Of a stretch of 64,000 bases of DNA, positions 1-10,901 are shown in pieces. Within the stretch, counting starts at the first letter, position 1. Every line of letters starts with the position of its first letter. The position numbers and the translations under genes are program-made. This DNA is from an uncultured Clostridia bacterium (lineage in GTDB: Bacteria > Bacillota > Clostridia > TANB77 > CAG-508), in NCBI GenBank assembly GCA_947625685.1, contig CANQPK010000028.1, positions 7,806 to 71,805 of the forward strand. The letters are read 5' to 3'. The notes beneath the pieces were generated by a model. The model did not search any database, had not been told where the DNA came from, and saw only the letters and a list, made by a program, of their open reading frames with translations.

Positions 1-80
1 CAAGAGATGCTGGAAAAATCGGTGGTAATATGGTTAGAAAATTAATACAAAAAGCTGAAAACCAAATGATAGGTAAATAA
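1..80 (+). CDS. 3' end of unidentified CDS (partial, enters from left edge)
   Basis: Open frame ...RDAGKIGGNMVRKLIQKAENQMIGK ends at TAA 78-80. A hairpin terminator follows. Confidence 0.35.
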   Translation, partial: RDAGKIGGNMVRKLIQKAENQMIGK

Positions 81-144
81 GTTTTTTATAGCTAGTGCTT
101 AAGTAATTAAGGTAGGAGTATAAATTTTGCTTTTATATACATAA

Positions 145-173
145 AGGCAGGGTTTGTACCCCTGCCTAATTTT
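145..173. terminator. Rho-independent terminator hairpin between convergent genes
   Basis: Stem-loop aggcaggg / tttgta / ccctgcct, followed by a T-run. Confidence 0.6.
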
Positions 174-189
174 ATTATAAAATTGAATT

Positions 190-846
190 TTATTTCATTA
201 ATATCTCACATTTTATATCCGACTGTACTAGTTTTGAAAACTCGACGGCATCTTGCTTTGTTCCTACAATACTTCCATAATGTATTGGAACTGCTATTTT
301 AGGCTTTATTTCATTTATCAAGTTTGCAGCTTCCTCAAAATTCATTGTAAAGGTTCCACCTATTGGAACAAATGCAACATCACATTCTACTTTTCTATTT
401 TCCTCTGTTATATCTGTATCTCCTGCAATATAATATCTATTTCCTTGCATCTCTATTATATATCCTACCCATCCATTTTCTTTTGGATGAAATCTTTTGT
501 TTGTATTATATGCAGGTATTGTTTCAAATTTTATGTTTTTTACAATGTATTCTTGATTAGGCTCTACAGAAATTATATTTTCTTCTTTAAATCCTAGATT
601 TAGTGATTTTGTAAAAACATCCTTAGGTACAATTATGGCCGTATCTTCTTTTTTTACTTTCTCAATATCTTCCTCAGAGTAATGGTCATAATGACTATGT
701 GTTATAAATATAATATCTGCATCATTATAATTATTATCTATTTTAAATGGATCTATATAAATTGTTTTCTCTTTTTTTATTCTTATACTACTATGGCATA
801 AAACTTGTATACCTTCTAGCATACTATTTTCTCCTTTCATTGTCAA
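190..846 (-). CDS. MBL-fold metallo-hydrolase
   Basis: 218-aa ORF with an HSHYDH metal-binding motif. Confidence 0.75.
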   Translation of the reverse strand: MTMKGENSMLEGIQVLCHSSIRIKKEKTIYIDPFKIDNNYNDADIIFITHSHYDHYSEEDIEKVKKEDTAIIVPKDVFTKSLNLGFKEENIISVEPNQEYIVKNIKFETIPAYNTNKRFHPKENGWVGYIIEMQGNRYYIAGDTDITEENRKVECDVAFVPIGGTFTMNFEEAANLINEIKPKIAVPIHYGSIVGTKQDAVEFSKLVQSDIKCEILMK

Positions 847-865
847 AATTTTGCATTTTTATATT

Positions 866-2035
866 TTATTTAAGAATATTTTCTGCTAAAACTTCAAGCT
901 CTTTTCTTGTACTTTCATTTAATCTTGATCTTATTGTTATCATTGGATCACATATTTGTATATCTTTCATACTGTCTACTATTTCTTTTATGCATTTTCC
1001 AGCAGTTGGTGCCCATGTTCCATTTTCTATTATTCCTATTTTACGATTTTGATAATTTTTTCCTTTTAAATGATTTAAAAATTGTTCCATTGGTGGAAAT
1101 ACTCCAAAGTTATAGCTAGATGACGCAAAGACAATTTTATCATATCTAAAAGCATCTTCTATTGCTTCTGCCATATCACATCTTGCTAGGTCTGATAAAA
1201 CTACTTTTTTTGCTCCTTTTTCTTTAAGCATTTTTGCAAATTCTTCTACCGCTTCCCTTGTATTGCCATGTATAGATGCATATGCAATAAATACTCCATC
1301 ATCTTCTGCTTTATAACTACTCCAAATATCATATTTATTTATATAATGACTTAAATTTTCTTTTAATATAGGTCCATGTAATGGGCATATCATTTTAATA
1401 TCTAATGTACTTGCTTTTTTTAATAAGCTTTGTACTTGAACTCCATATTTCCCGACAATATTGAAATAATATCTTCTTGCTTCGCAGTCCCAATCTTCGT
1501 CAGTATCAAGTGCACCAAACTTTCCAAAACCATCGGCTGAAAATAGTATCTTTTCATATTTTTCATATGTCACCATTACTTCTGGCCAATGTACCATAGG
1601 CGCCATAAAGAACTGTAATGTATGTTTGCCTATTTTTATTTCTTCCCCTTCTTTTACTACAACTTTTCTTTCTTCTAAATCTGGAATATCAAAAAATTGT
1701 GGAATAAATGCAAATGTTTTTTCATTTCCAATTAACTTCATATCTGGATATTTTTTAGCTATAAGTTCTATATTGTATGCATGGTCTGGCTCTAAATGAG
1801 ATATTACTAAATAATCTGGCTTTTTACCCTCTAATGCATTTTCTAAGTTTTCTAACCATTCATCTGTCTTTCTTTTATCTATTGTGTCCATAATTACTAT
1901 CTTTTCGTCTTTTATTAAATATGAATTATATGATATTCCATTTGGAACTACATATTGGCTTTCAAACAAATCTATTGTTTTATCGTCTGCTCCTATATAT
2001 ATTATATCTTTTGAAATTTTTGTATCTTTAATCAT
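866..2035 (-). CDS. FprA-type flavodiiron protein (diiron MBL-like domain plus flavodoxin domain)
   Basis: 389 aa with an HLEPDH diiron motif and a flavodoxin-like C-terminal half. Confidence 0.8.
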   Translation of the reverse strand: MIKDTKISKDIIYIGADDKTIDLFESQYVVPNGISYNSYLIKDEKIVIMDTIDKRKTDEWLENLENALEGKKPDYLVISHLEPDHAYNIELIAKKYPDMKLIGNEKTFAFIPQFFDIPDLEERKVVVKEGEEIKIGKHTLQFFMAPMVHWPEVMVTYEKYEKILFSADGFGKFGALDTDEDWDCEARRYYFNIVGKYGVQVQSLLKKASTLDIKMICPLHGPILKENLSHYINKYDIWSSYKAEDDGVFIAYASIHGNTREAVEEFAKMLKEKGAKKVVLSDLARCDMAEAIEDAFRYDKIVFASSSYNFGVFPPMEQFLNHLKGKNYQNRKIGIIENGTWAPTAGKCIKEIVDSMKDIQICDPMITIRSRLNESTRKELEVLAENILK

Positions 2036-2114
2036 AATATTATCCTTTCTATTTTTTTATTTATTATAGCATATATTGATATTTTTTAAAACTATTTTCA
2101 TTAACTTTTTAAAT

Positions 2115-2146
2115 TTCAAAAAAGGCAGAGATTTTACTCCCTGCCT
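2115..2146 (-). terminator. Rho-independent terminator after the small Cys-rich ORF
   Basis: On the minus strand: aggcaggga-gtaaaat-ctctgcct followed by TTTTT. Confidence 0.5.
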
Positions 2147-2161
2147 ATCTATATTTTAGAG

Positions 2162-2452
2162 CTATCTACAACATTTCTTTTTGTTTTTGCAGTTACAACA
2201 TATTGCAATAATTATGCTAAGCACTAATAATATAAATAATACTACTGCAAATACTATAACTGCTGCTAATGCTGCAAGTATTGTAGCACTTAATGCTGCT
2301 CCAATTATTACTCCTATTATTCCTACAAATAAAGCTGCAAGTATTGCAATAACTACTTCTATACAATTACATTTTTTGCATTTTGGTGCATGGCATTCTT
2401 CCATTTCTTCACAATCGTATTTTATTTTCATTTCTTCTATCATTATTTTCAA
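2162..2452 (-). CDS. Small hypothetical membrane protein with Cys-rich termini
   Basis: 96-aa ORF with a central hydrophobic stretch, flanked by CxxC-type and CCNC...CC clusters. Confidence 0.45.
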   Translation of the reverse strand: MKIMIEEMKIKYDCEEMEECHAPKCKKCNCIEVVIAILAALFVGIIGVIIGAALSATILAALAAVIVFAVVLFILLVLSIIIAICCNCKNKKKCCR

Positions 2453-2525
2453 CTCCTCTTTGCTTAAGCTAGCTTAATATATTATATTAAGAGAAGTCCA
2501 ATTAGTTGACATTTTTTTACATTTT

Positions 2526-3226
2526 TTATGCTTTATCTTTTTTTGCTACTTCCTTATCATCTGTTACACAATTGTTTTTAAAGCTCAAGTACCAGCTCAT
2601 TCCATTTCTATTTTCTTCTATTTCCTGAACCCTTTTTAGTAATTCATCATAAGTTTGTGGAGAGCTTTGAATTAAGGGATTCCCTTGTACCCAGTTTGCA
2701 GGCGTAGAAGCTTTACATTTATCTGCTGTTTGCAATGCTTCTACTGTTCTAAGTATCTCTGGAATACATCTTCCAACATTCATAGGATATACAAATATTG
2801 CTCTTACTATTCCTTTATCATCTATTATAAATACATTCCTAACAGTCTGAGTTGTGCTCATTTCGTTAGATATCATTCCATATTTTCTTGCAACTGCTCC
2901 ATTTAAGTCAGCTATTATTGGAAATGGAACTTTTATACCTGTCTTTAAATATATATCATATAGCCAAGCAAGATGTGATGCGTTACTATCTACACTCAAA
3001 CCTATCAAACAAGTATTTAAATTTTCAAAATATGTATTGGCTTTGGCAAATGCTATTATTTCTGTTGTGCATACCGGGGTAAAATCACCGAGGATGTGAA
3101 AAAAGCACTACCCATTTTCCTTTATAGTTATTTAAGTTAATTTTTCCCATTGTTGATGTTGCATCAATTTCTGGTGCCATCTCTCCGAATTTTAACATTC
3201 CCATTCATCATAATTTCATAATTCAT
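2526..3226 (-). CDS. Peroxiredoxin (Prx6/1-Cys-like); frame broken twice, each at an in-frame CGG
   Basis: RBS gaaaggag lies upstream of ATG 3226. +1 at CGG 3185-3187 gives KI-G-EMAPEIDATS. +1 at CGG 3088-3090 gives WVVLFSHP-G-DFTPVCTTE, which then runs into the 160-aa ORF 2526-3008. Confidence 0.8.
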
Positions 3227-3285
3227 ATGTAAAAACTCCTTTCATACTTGTTACTATTGTATGAGAGGAGTTTATATTTTGTGAA

Positions 3286-4380
3286 TTATTTTAATATGTT
3301 TTGGTTCACTATAAGTGTATTGTATAAAAACAATACATCTTGATTTTCAAAATCGACATATTTGTCTAATATACTACTTGAAATATACCTTAAATCAATA
3401 AGTGTTATTTTTTTATAATTTTCTAATAGCAATGGCGCTATACTGCTTCCAAAAGAATCTCTGAATAAAAGAAGTTCTTTCTCATTTGATCCATCTTTAT
3501 TTTCTATTGTAATAAGTGGTGTTGCTCCTGATAAATAAACATCATATTTGTCTGATGAAGTTTTAAATTTCTGCATATTATAAACTTTTTCATTATTTGA
3601 AGTTTGATAGTTATATGTATTAGAATTATTTATGGTATTGCTAGTTAAAATGTTTATCGTATCTGGAAATATTTTTCTTCCTAGTTGTCCATAATATGCT
3701 CCATAAAAGCTACCTAAATTCTGTATCTCATAATGAATATTAGAAGTATTTTTCAGATTCATTTTATCTTCTAACACCTTTACAACTTTTCTTAAATTTT
3801 CCTGTTTCCAATGCAAATCTGTTTTATAGTAATCTTGCAAACTTAAAGCATCTGTAATATCTATATATTTAATATTGGGTAATACTTCTTGCATAACTTT
3901 TTGCATCTCATATACATCTATTTTTAAATAATCTGATTCTAAATAATAGTTTTTATCTGGTATAAGCGAATAATATATATTCATATCATCATTTAAATAT
4001 TTTTCACAAATATTTTTTATCTTACTAGATGTTTTTTGCACATTCTTTTTATTTAATGGATACTCGATTTTATAAATACATCCATCTTTTAGAAATAAAC
4101 CGTTATTATCTTTTTGTCTAAATATATAATCACTCCAATATGCTTTTATGCTTCTAAAAGAATCTCTTAATACAAATTGATCTACTACATATTTATCTAT
4201 TTCTTCCATCGTTTTTCCACTTGCTACATTCTCTAAAGTAACTGTTGGAAATTGTGCTAATTTTCTTCTTTCTGATATAGATACAGCTTCATCTTTTTTT
4301 ATTATATTTGCAATAAATAAAATAAATAATATAGCTATAAAACCAATTGTTATTACTTTATTTTTTCTTTTTTCGTTCAT
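3286..4380 (-). CDS. DHHW-family protein (partner of the MBOAT acyltransferase)
   Basis: 364 aa with an N-terminal TM anchor and a TDLHW motif. Sits immediately downstream of the MBOAT gene. Confidence 0.6.
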   Translation of the reverse strand: MNEKRKNKVITIGFIAILFILFIANIIKKDEAVSISERRKLAQFPTVTLENVASGKTMEEIDKYVVDQFVLRDSFRSIKAYWSDYIFRQKDNNGLFLKDGCIYKIEYPLNKKNVQKTSSKIKNICEKYLNDDMNIYYSLIPDKNYYLESDYLKIDVYEMQKVMQEVLPNIKYIDITDALSLQDYYKTDLHWKQENLRKVVKVLEDKMNLKNTSNIHYEIQNLGSFYGAYYGQLGRKIFPDTINILTSNTINNSNTYNYQTSNNEKVYNMQKFKTSSDKYDVYLSGATPLITIENKDGSNEKELLLFRDSFGSSIAPLLLENYKKITLIDLRYISSSILDKYVDFENQDVLFLYNTLIVNQNILK

Positions 4381-4402
4381 TTATTTTACCTTTCTCTGAC
4401 TT

Positions 4403-5794
4403 TTAAAATCTAAAATACAAGAATGGATTAAATGATCCATCTACAATATATGCTGTGCATATTATTAGTAAACATAATAAAGCAATTGGTTCCAATGCAT
4501 TTATAAATTTTTTCTTATTATTAGATGTAATAATATTTTTTAATATTGGTGTTGCAAATATTATTCCGCAAATAATCACTACAAAATAGCTTTTTAAATA
4601 ATATATACTTTCTGGAGAAACAATTGGAATGTTTCCTATACCGATTAATCCACATAAATTTTCTATAATTTGATTTACATTTTCTCCATTAAATATAATG
4701 AAACTAATCATTACTAATAATAGAACATATAAATGTGATATTATGCTTGGAAGTTTTTCTAGATATTTTGATAAAAATACTTTTTCTATAATTAATAAAA
4801 TTCCAAAATATAGTCCCCAAATTACAAAATTCCATGCAGCTCCATGCCATAACCCTGTAAGAAACCATACTATTAAGATATTTCTAAGCCATTTTACTTT
4901 AGATGTTCTATTTCCTCCTAGTTGTATATATACATAGTCTCTAAACCAACTACTTAAAGATATATGCCATCTTCTCCAAAAGTCTGTGATACTTTTGGCA
5001 ATGTATGGATAATTAAAGTTTTCCATAAAATCAAATCCAAACATTTTTCCAAGACCGATTGCCATATCTGAATATCCTGAAAAATCAAAATAAATTTGTA
5101 GCATCGTAGAAATTCCATATAGCCAATAATATAATACACTCATCTCACTGCTTGATAAAAATGTATTTATCATTTCTCCTAAAACATTTGCAATTAAAAC
5201 TTTTTTACTAAGTCCTATTATAAATCTTCTAACGCCTAATGCAAATTTTTCCATTGTATGTTTTCTATTATCTATTTGATCATTAATATCTCTGTATCTT
5301 ACTATTGGTCCTGCAATAAGTTGTGGAAATAGAGAAATATACATCGCTAGTTTTAGAATATTTTTTTGTACTTTTGTTTTATTTTTATAAACATCTATTA
5401 AATAACTAAGCATTTGAAAGGTATAAAAAGATATTCCAATAGGCAAAGCAACATAAATAAAATCAATTTTATTGTTTAACCAAAAGTTAAGATTTTCTAT
5501 AATGAAATTCGCATACTTGAAATATACAAGTAATCCTATACTAATAGTAATTCCTAATATAAGAAATATTTTTGAATATTTTGTATCTTTAAATTTGTCT
5601 ATCAATATACCAAATATATATGCCACTATAATTGAAAATGCCATAAGTAGCACATATACAGGTTCTCCGAAAAAATAAAAGACAAACGATGCTACTAATA
5701 AAACTAAATTTTTTAATTTAGTTGGTACTATGTAATAAATTCCAAGTACAATTGGTAAAAAATAAAATAAAAAAGTTATACTCGAAAATACCAT
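4403..5794 (-). CDS. MBOAT-family O-acyltransferase (AlgI/DltB-like)
   Basis: 463-aa polytopic membrane protein with FWRRWHISL and NLWHG-like (GLWHGAAWNF) motifs. Confidence 0.8.
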   Translation of the reverse strand: MVFSSITFLFYFLPIVLGIYYIVPTKLKNLVLLVASFVFYFFGEPVYVLLMAFSIIVAYIFGILIDKFKDTKYSKIFLILGITISIGLLVYFKYANFIIENLNFWLNNKIDFIYVALPIGISFYTFQMLSYLIDVYKNKTKVQKNILKLAMYISLFPQLIAGPIVRYRDINDQIDNRKHTMEKFALGVRRFIIGLSKKVLIANVLGEMINTFLSSSEMSVLYYWLYGISTMLQIYFDFSGYSDMAIGLGKMFGFDFMENFNYPYIAKSITDFWRRWHISLSSWFRDYVYIQLGGNRTSKVKWLRNILIVWFLTGLWHGAAWNFVIWGLYFGILLIIEKVFLSKYLEKLPSIISHLYVLLLVMISFIIFNGENVNQIIENLCGLIGIGNIPIVSPESIYYLKSYFVVIICGIIFATPILKNIITSNNKKKFINALEPIALLCLLIICTAYIVDGSFNPFLYFRF

Positions 5795-5800
5795 TTTGTA

Positions 5801-6400
5801 TTACTCTGGCATTGGAATTACCGTATCTTCAGGTAAAGATTCTTCTTCAACTATCTTCATATATGATTTTTCGTCTGTTCCAGATAATTTCTTGAAACTA
5901 TCAAAAATGTCATTTGTCATTTCTTCGTTAGACATTACAAGAAATACGATATCTCCACTGTTTACTGCATAAACTTTTTCTGCTGATACACAAATCCATT
6001 TTCTTGGATTTACATTATCTGCCATTTGTTCTGCTATTTGGTTTGCATTTACTCCATTTTTTACCTTTGCCATTACTAGTGAATATGCTTGTGCATTAAT
6101 TAACGGTTCTGATACAACTGCATATTCTAAATCATTCCCATTTTCAAGTCCAGTATAAGATTTTACAGCTGAATCATCTGTCAAATCTATTTTTATAGTT
6201 TCTGTATCATATAAATCAACTGTTGCTCCTTCATAAACTTTATCAACTAGACTGGCTAATTCTTCTACACTATTCGCAGTTAATGCTGTTTTGTCAACAC
6301 CAATTACAGTTCTATTCATCATTCCAATTACTACTATTATAGCAATAATTGCGATAGCAGCAACTACTACTGCAATAATAATTTTTATGTTTTTGCTCAT
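5801..6400 (-). CDS. Hypothetical membrane-anchored protein
   Basis: 199-aa ORF with one N-terminal TM helix. Co-oriented with the MBOAT/DHHW pair. Confidence 0.5.
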   Translation of the reverse strand: MSKNIKIIIAVVVAAIAIIAIIVVIGMMNRTVIGVDKTALTANSVEELASLVDKVYEGATVDLYDTETIKIDLTDDSAVKSYTGLENGNDLEYAVVSEPLINAQAYSLVMAKVKNGVNANQIAEQMADNVNPRKWICVSAEKVYAVNSGDIVFLVMSNEEMTNDIFDSFKKLSGTDEKSYMKIVEEESLPEDTVIPMPE

Positions 6401-6509
6401 AATATTTCCCCCTTTTGCCTACATTATACATGAAGAAAATATGCTTGTCAATTAAATATAAAATAAAAAAACCTATATTCTAGGAACACAGGCTTTTTCT
6501 TCTTTACAA

Positions 6510-7034
6510 TTATACTAATTCTAGTAAAACTATTTCTGCTGAATCTCCTCTTCTTTTACCAAGTTTTACTATTCTTGTATATCCTCCAACTCTATCTGCA
6601 TATTTTGGAGCTATTTCGTTAAATAATTTTGATGGTAAATCAACATTTTTACCTTCATTATCTTTTACTTTATTTATTTTTGTCATTATTTTTCTTCTTG
6701 CATTTAGTCTTGATGGCATATCTTTTTGTCTTTTTTCTGTAACTTCTTCTTTAACAACTTTTAGATATTCTTTACCATTTTTACTTTTTGCAATTTCTGT
6801 AACTTTCTTTCCTTTGCTATCTAATTTAGCGCGAACAACTTTTACTTGGGTTTCTTCAAAGTTGTCTTTTTCTTTTACAGCAAGTGCTATCAAGCTATCA
6901 GCTATTGCTTTTACTTCTTTTGCTCTAGCTTCTGTTGTTTTAATCTTTCCATTAAGAATTAAATCTGTTGTTTGAGTTTTAAGCATTGCTAATCTTTGAG
7001 ATGTTGTTCTTCCTAATTTTCTATTTTTAGCCAT
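6510..7034 (-). CDS. rplQ: 50S ribosomal protein L17 (with internal Lys/Glu-rich insertion)
   Basis: Starts [18 protein letters not shown] and ends ...[25 protein letters not shown]. Last gene after rpoA. Confidence 0.9.
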   Translation of the reverse strand: MAKNRKLGRTTSQRLAMLKTQTTDLILNGKIKTTEARAKEVKAIADSLIALAVKEKDNFEETQVKVVRAKLDSKGKKVTEIAKSKNGKEYLKVVKEEVTEKRQKDMPSRLNARRKIMTKINKVKDNEGKNVDLPSKLFNEIAPKYADRVGGYTRIVKLGKRRGDSAEIVLLELV

Positions 7035-7062
7035 TTTTATTTCCCTCCTCTTTATGTATGAA

Positions 7063-8007
7063 TTATTCTTCTTGGGCGAAATCAAGACCAAGTGAATGTA
7101 ACTTATTTGTTACTTCGTCTAATGATTTCTTTCCTAGGTTTCTTACTTTCATCATATCAGCTTCTGTTTTATTTGCTAAATCTTGTACAGTAGAAATTCC
7201 TGCTCTCTTTAAGCAGTTAAAGCTTCTTACTGTTAATTCTAGATCTTCTATTGACATTTCTAGAACTCTAGCTGTCTTAGACTCTTCTTTTTCTACCATT
7301 ATTTGAGTATTCTTAGCAATTTCTGATAAATCAATAAATAATGCTAAATGTTCTGTTATTACTTTGGCAGCTAAGCTTATTGCCTCATACGCTTTTAAGC
7401 TTCCATCTGTCCATACTTCTATTATTAATTTATCAAAGTCTACCATTTGTCCTACTCTTGTATTTTCTACTTGATAGTTTACTTTCTTTACAGGAGTAAA
7501 GATTGAATCTATTGGAAGTACTGATATATCTTGATTTTCTTTCTTATTTTTTGCAGCAGTATTATATCCTCTACCTTTTTCTACTGTCATTTCCATTTTA
7601 AAGTGTCCACCTTCAGCAACTGTTGCTATATGTAGTTCTGGATTTAAAACTTCTATTGTTCCATCTGTTATAATGTCTCCTGCTGTTACTTCTCCTTCTC
7701 CATTGAAGTCTATTCTAATAATTTTTTCTTCATTGTCGTATGATTTGAATCTAACACCTTTTAAATTTACTATTATTTCAGAAACATCCTCAACTACATT
7801 TGGTACTGTTGAAAATTCATGAACTACTCCATCTATCTTTATATTTGTTATTGCGCATCCAGGAAGTGATGAAAGTAATATTCTTCTTAATGAATTTCCT
7901 ATTGTTACACCATATCCTCTTTCCAATGGTTCACATACAAATTTTGCATAGTTATTTTGTTCATCCATATTTGTACATTCAATATTTGGCTTTTCAAATT
8001 CTATCAT
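7063..8007 (-). CDS. rpoA: DNA-directed RNA polymerase alpha subunit
   Basis: 314 aa with the C-terminal-domain motif [16 protein letters not shown]. Canonical position. Confidence 0.95.
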   Translation of the reverse strand: MIEFEKPNIECTNMDEQNNYAKFVCEPLERGYGVTIGNSLRRILLSSLPGCAITNIKIDGVVHEFSTVPNVVEDVSEIIVNLKGVRFKSYDNEEKIIRIDFNGEGEVTAGDIITDGTIEVLNPELHIATVAEGGHFKMEMTVEKGRGYNTAAKNKKENQDISVLPIDSIFTPVKKVNYQVENTRVGQMVDFDKLIIEVWTDGSLKAYEAISLAAKVITEHLALFIDLSEIAKNTQIMVEKEESKTARVLEMSIEDLELTVRSFNCLKRAGISTVQDLANKTEADMMKVRNLGKKSLDEVTNKLHSLGLDFAQEE

Positions 8008-8096
8008 TTTTACCTCCTAAAATAGATATTAGAGGTCAGAGATTAGTAATATTCCTAATCTTATATATCTAATTCTAATTTCTAAACTTCTAATTA

Positions 8097-8723
8097 TTAC
8101 TTAGAGTATAACTCTACTATTAAGTGTTCTTCTACTGGGATATCTACATCTTCTCTATATGCTAATCTAACTACTTTTCCACTTAAATCTTTTTCATTTT
8201 TCTCTAACCAAGTTGGAGTAGGTCTAGATCCGTTCATTTCTATATTTTGTTTTACTATTGCTTTATCTTTCTTTAATTCTCTAACTTTGATTACATCTCC
8301 TGCTTTTACTAAATAAGATGGTATGCTAACTTTTCTTCCATTAACTTCGAATAAACCATGATTAACTAAAAGTCTTGCTTGTGGTCTTGAAGTTCCAAAT
8401 CCTAATCTATATACAACATTGTCTAATCTACTTTCTAGTATTTGAAGTAAGTTTTCACCTGTTATTCCTTTTTTATTAGCAGCCATTTCAAAATATTTTC
8501 TAAATTGGTTTTCTCTTACACCATAGAAAGCTTTAGTTTTTTGTTTTTCTCTTAATTGGATTCCATATTCTGAAAGCTTAGCTTTCTTTTGTCCATGTTC
8601 TCCTGGAGCATAATTTCTTCTTGAAATTGCACATTTATCTGTATAGCATCTTGTTCCTTTTAAGAATAATTTTTGTCCTTCTCTACGACAGATACGACAT
8701 TGTTCTTCTTTATATCTTGACAT
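8097..8723 (-). CDS. rpsD: 30S ribosomal protein S4
   Basis: [23 protein letters not shown]...; canonical order. Confidence 0.95.
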   Translation of the reverse strand: MSRYKEEQCRICRREGQKLFLKGTRCYTDKCAISRRNYAPGEHGQKKAKLSEYGIQLREKQKTKAFYGVRENQFRKYFEMAANKKGITGENLLQILESRLDNVVYRLGFGTSRPQARLLVNHGLFEVNGRKVSIPSYLVKAGDVIKVRELKKDKAIVKQNIEMNGSRPTPTWLEKNEKDLSGKVVRLAYREDVDIPVEEHLIVELYSK

Positions 8724-8746
8724 TTACTTAATTACACCTCTCTTTT

Positions 8747-9142
8747 TTATACTCTTCTTCTTTTTGGTGGTCTGCAACCATTATGTGGTATTGGTGTTAC
8801 ATCTTTAATTGCACTTATTTCTAACCCTGCTGTTTGAAGAGCTCTAATTGCAGCCTCACGACCAGAACCTGGTCCTTTTACAAATACTTCTACTGTTTTT
8901 AATCCATGTTCCATTGCAGCATTTGCAGCTGTTTCTGCAGCTTGACCTGCAGCAAATGGAGTACTCTTTCTTGAACCTTTAAATCCAAGCTCTCCTGCAC
9001 TTGCCCAAGAAATAGCATTTCCTTGCATATCTGTAATTGTAACTATTGTATTATTAAAACTAGAATGAATATGTGCAGAACCTTTATCTATGTTCTTTCT
9101 ATTTCTTCTAGGCGTTTTTCTTGTTACATTTTTATTAGCCAT
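8747..9142 (-). CDS. rpsK: 30S ribosomal protein S11
   Basis: ...[18 protein letters not shown]...[13 protein letters not shown]. Confidence 0.95.
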   Translation of the reverse strand: MANKNVTRKTPRRNRKNIDKGSAHIHSSFNNTIVTITDMQGNAISWASAGELGFKGSRKSTPFAAGQAAETAANAAMEHGLKTVEVFVKGPGSGREAAIRALQTAGLEISAIKDVTPIPHNGCRPPKRRRV

Positions 9143-9158
9143 TTGGTATTAACCTCCC

Positions 9159-9530
9159 TTATTTTTTCTTACTTTTACTTACTAATTTTCTAGGACCTTT
9201 TCTTGTACGAGCATTAGTTTTTGTTCTTTGTCCTCTAACTGGTAAGCCTCTTCTATGTCTTAATCCTCTATAACAACCGATTTCTGTAAGTCTTTTAATG
9301 TTAAGAGCTACTTCTCTTCTTAAATCACCTTCAACTTTATAACTTCCATCGATTATTTTTCTGATACTATTTACTTCTTCGTCTGTCAAATCTTTTACTC
9401 TAGTATCTGGATTTACTCCAGCTTCTTTTAGTATTTTGTTAGAACTTGCTACACCTATTCCATAAATGTATGTTAGCCCTATCTCTACTCTTTTCTCTCT
9501 AGGTAAATCAACTCCAGCTATACGAGCCAT
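9159..9530 (-). CDS. rpsM: 30S ribosomal protein S13
   Basis: [26 protein letters not shown]. The tracked ORF is extended upstream of the true ATG. Confidence 0.93.
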   Translation of the reverse strand: MARIAGVDLPREKRVEIGLTYIYGIGVASSNKILKEAGVNPDTRVKDLTDEEVNSIRKIIDGSYKVEGDLRREVALNIKRLTEIGCYRGLRHRRGLPVRGQRTKTNARTRKGPRKLVSKSKKK

Positions 9531-9635
9531 ATTTTTAAGCACCTCCATTTTAATTTTATTGGTAAATATATATAAACACAAACTTAGCAAAATCAGCCGC
9601 ACCTAAATTTGTGTTAATATCTAAATTATTCATTT

Positions 9636-9749
9636 TTATCCTTGTCTTTGTTTGTGTTTTGGATTTTCACAAATTACTCTTATAACACCTTTTCTTTTAA
9701 TGATTTTGCACTTTTCGCACATTTTCTTAACTGATGGTCTTACTTTCAT
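9636..9749 (-). CDS. rpmJ: 50S ribosomal protein L36
   Basis: Translates to [37 protein letters not shown]. Below the ORF-track length cutoff. Confidence 0.93.
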   Translation of the reverse strand: MKVRPSVKKMCEKCKIIKRKGVIRVICENPKHKQRQG

Positions 9750-9809
9750 TTCTATTCATTCCTTTCTGGTATAAATTATTAATAACGCAAGATGTGATTT
9801 ATTTCTAGT

Positions 9810-10028
9810 TTATTTTGCTCTCCAAGTGATTCTTCCACGATTTAAATCATAAGGTGAAAGTTCAAGTTTAACTTTATCGCCTGGTAATATTTTGATATAA
9901 TTCATTCTCAATTTTCCTGAAATGTGAGCGAGTACTTGATGTCCATTTTCTAGTTCGACTTTAAATGTTGTATTAGGTAATGTTTCAACAACAGTTCCTT
10001 CTACTTCTATAACATCTTCCTTTGCCAA
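9810..10028 (-). CDS. infA: Translation initiation factor IF-1
   Basis: [30 protein letters not shown]... Confidence 0.95.
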   Translation of the reverse strand: MAKEDVIEVEGTVVETLPNTTFKVELENGHQVLAHISGKLRMNYIKILPGDKVKLELSPYDLNRGRITWRAK

Positions 10029-10111
10029 TCTACATTCCCTCCTATATTTTAAGAATAATTTATTGTAAATTAATTTTATCTTATAATTAACTAATGTATT
10101 ATATACTATTT

Positions 10112-10883
10112 TTATAGTAATGTCAATACTTTTGGTTCATTTTCTGTAACTAAAACTGTATTTTCATAATGTGCAGATAAACTTCCGATCTTCAGTTACA
10201 ATTGTCCATCCATCATCAAGTTCGCATATATCTGGTTTTCCTGCTATTACCATAGGTTCTATTGCAAGTGTCATTCCTTTTTCTATTCTAGGTCCGCGTC
10301 CTGCCTTTCCATAATTTGGTATTCCTGGATCCTCATGCATTTCTTTTCCGATGCCATGTCCTTGAAATTCTTTTACAACACTGAATCCGTTTTTTGTAAC
10401 AAATTCACCTATTGCGTTTGAAATATCACCTATTCTAAAACCTGGTTTTGCATATTTTATACCTTCAAAAAATGCTTTTTTGGTTACTTCTACTAATTTT
10501 TCTGCTTCTTTACTTGCATTTCCTACTATGAATGTTCTTGCAGCATCACCATTGTATCCGTTTTTTAAAGCTACCGTATCTATACTTATTACATCACCAT
10601 TTTTCAAATGAACTCTGTCTGACGGAATTCCATGTATTACTTCATCATTTAGTGATGCACAAATCGTACTAGGAAAATCTGGAACTCCTTTTTGATAACT
10701 TGGATATCCCTTTTGTGCAGGAATTCCTCCATGCTCTCTGATTATTTTTTCTGCTAATCTATCTAGTTCACCTGTAGTAACTCCTGGCTTTATAGCTTTT
10801 TCTATTTCTTCATATACAATGGCAACTATCTTGCAAGCTTCTTTAATTAGTTCTATTTCTCTTTTAGATTTAATCTCTATCAT
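10112..10883 (-). CDS. map: Methionine aminopeptidase type I; one frame break at an in-frame CGG
   Basis: The zero frame ends ...[10 protein letters not shown]. +1 at CGG 10185-10187 gives [27 protein letters not shown], the canonical Map C-terminus. Confidence 0.88.
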
Positions 10884-10901
10884 AATTTGCTTCCTTAAGT
10901 T

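Noticed and set aside
145-2146. Similar hairpins aaaggcaggg...ccctgcct (145-167) and aaaggcagag...ccctgcct (2123-2146), considered as a possible dispersed REP-like repeat.
   Set aside because: There are only two short copies. Both function plausibly as ordinary terminators, so there is too little evidence for a repeat family.
10180-10192. The 10-mer AGATCGGAAG at the map break, with similar GATCGGA strings at other breaks, resembles the start of the Illumina adapter AGATCGGAAGAGC.
   Set aside because: The match is 10 nt or less. It arises simply from Asp-Gly (gat + C + gga). Flanking sequence on both sides stays collinear with the protein homology, and most sites lack the GAT context.
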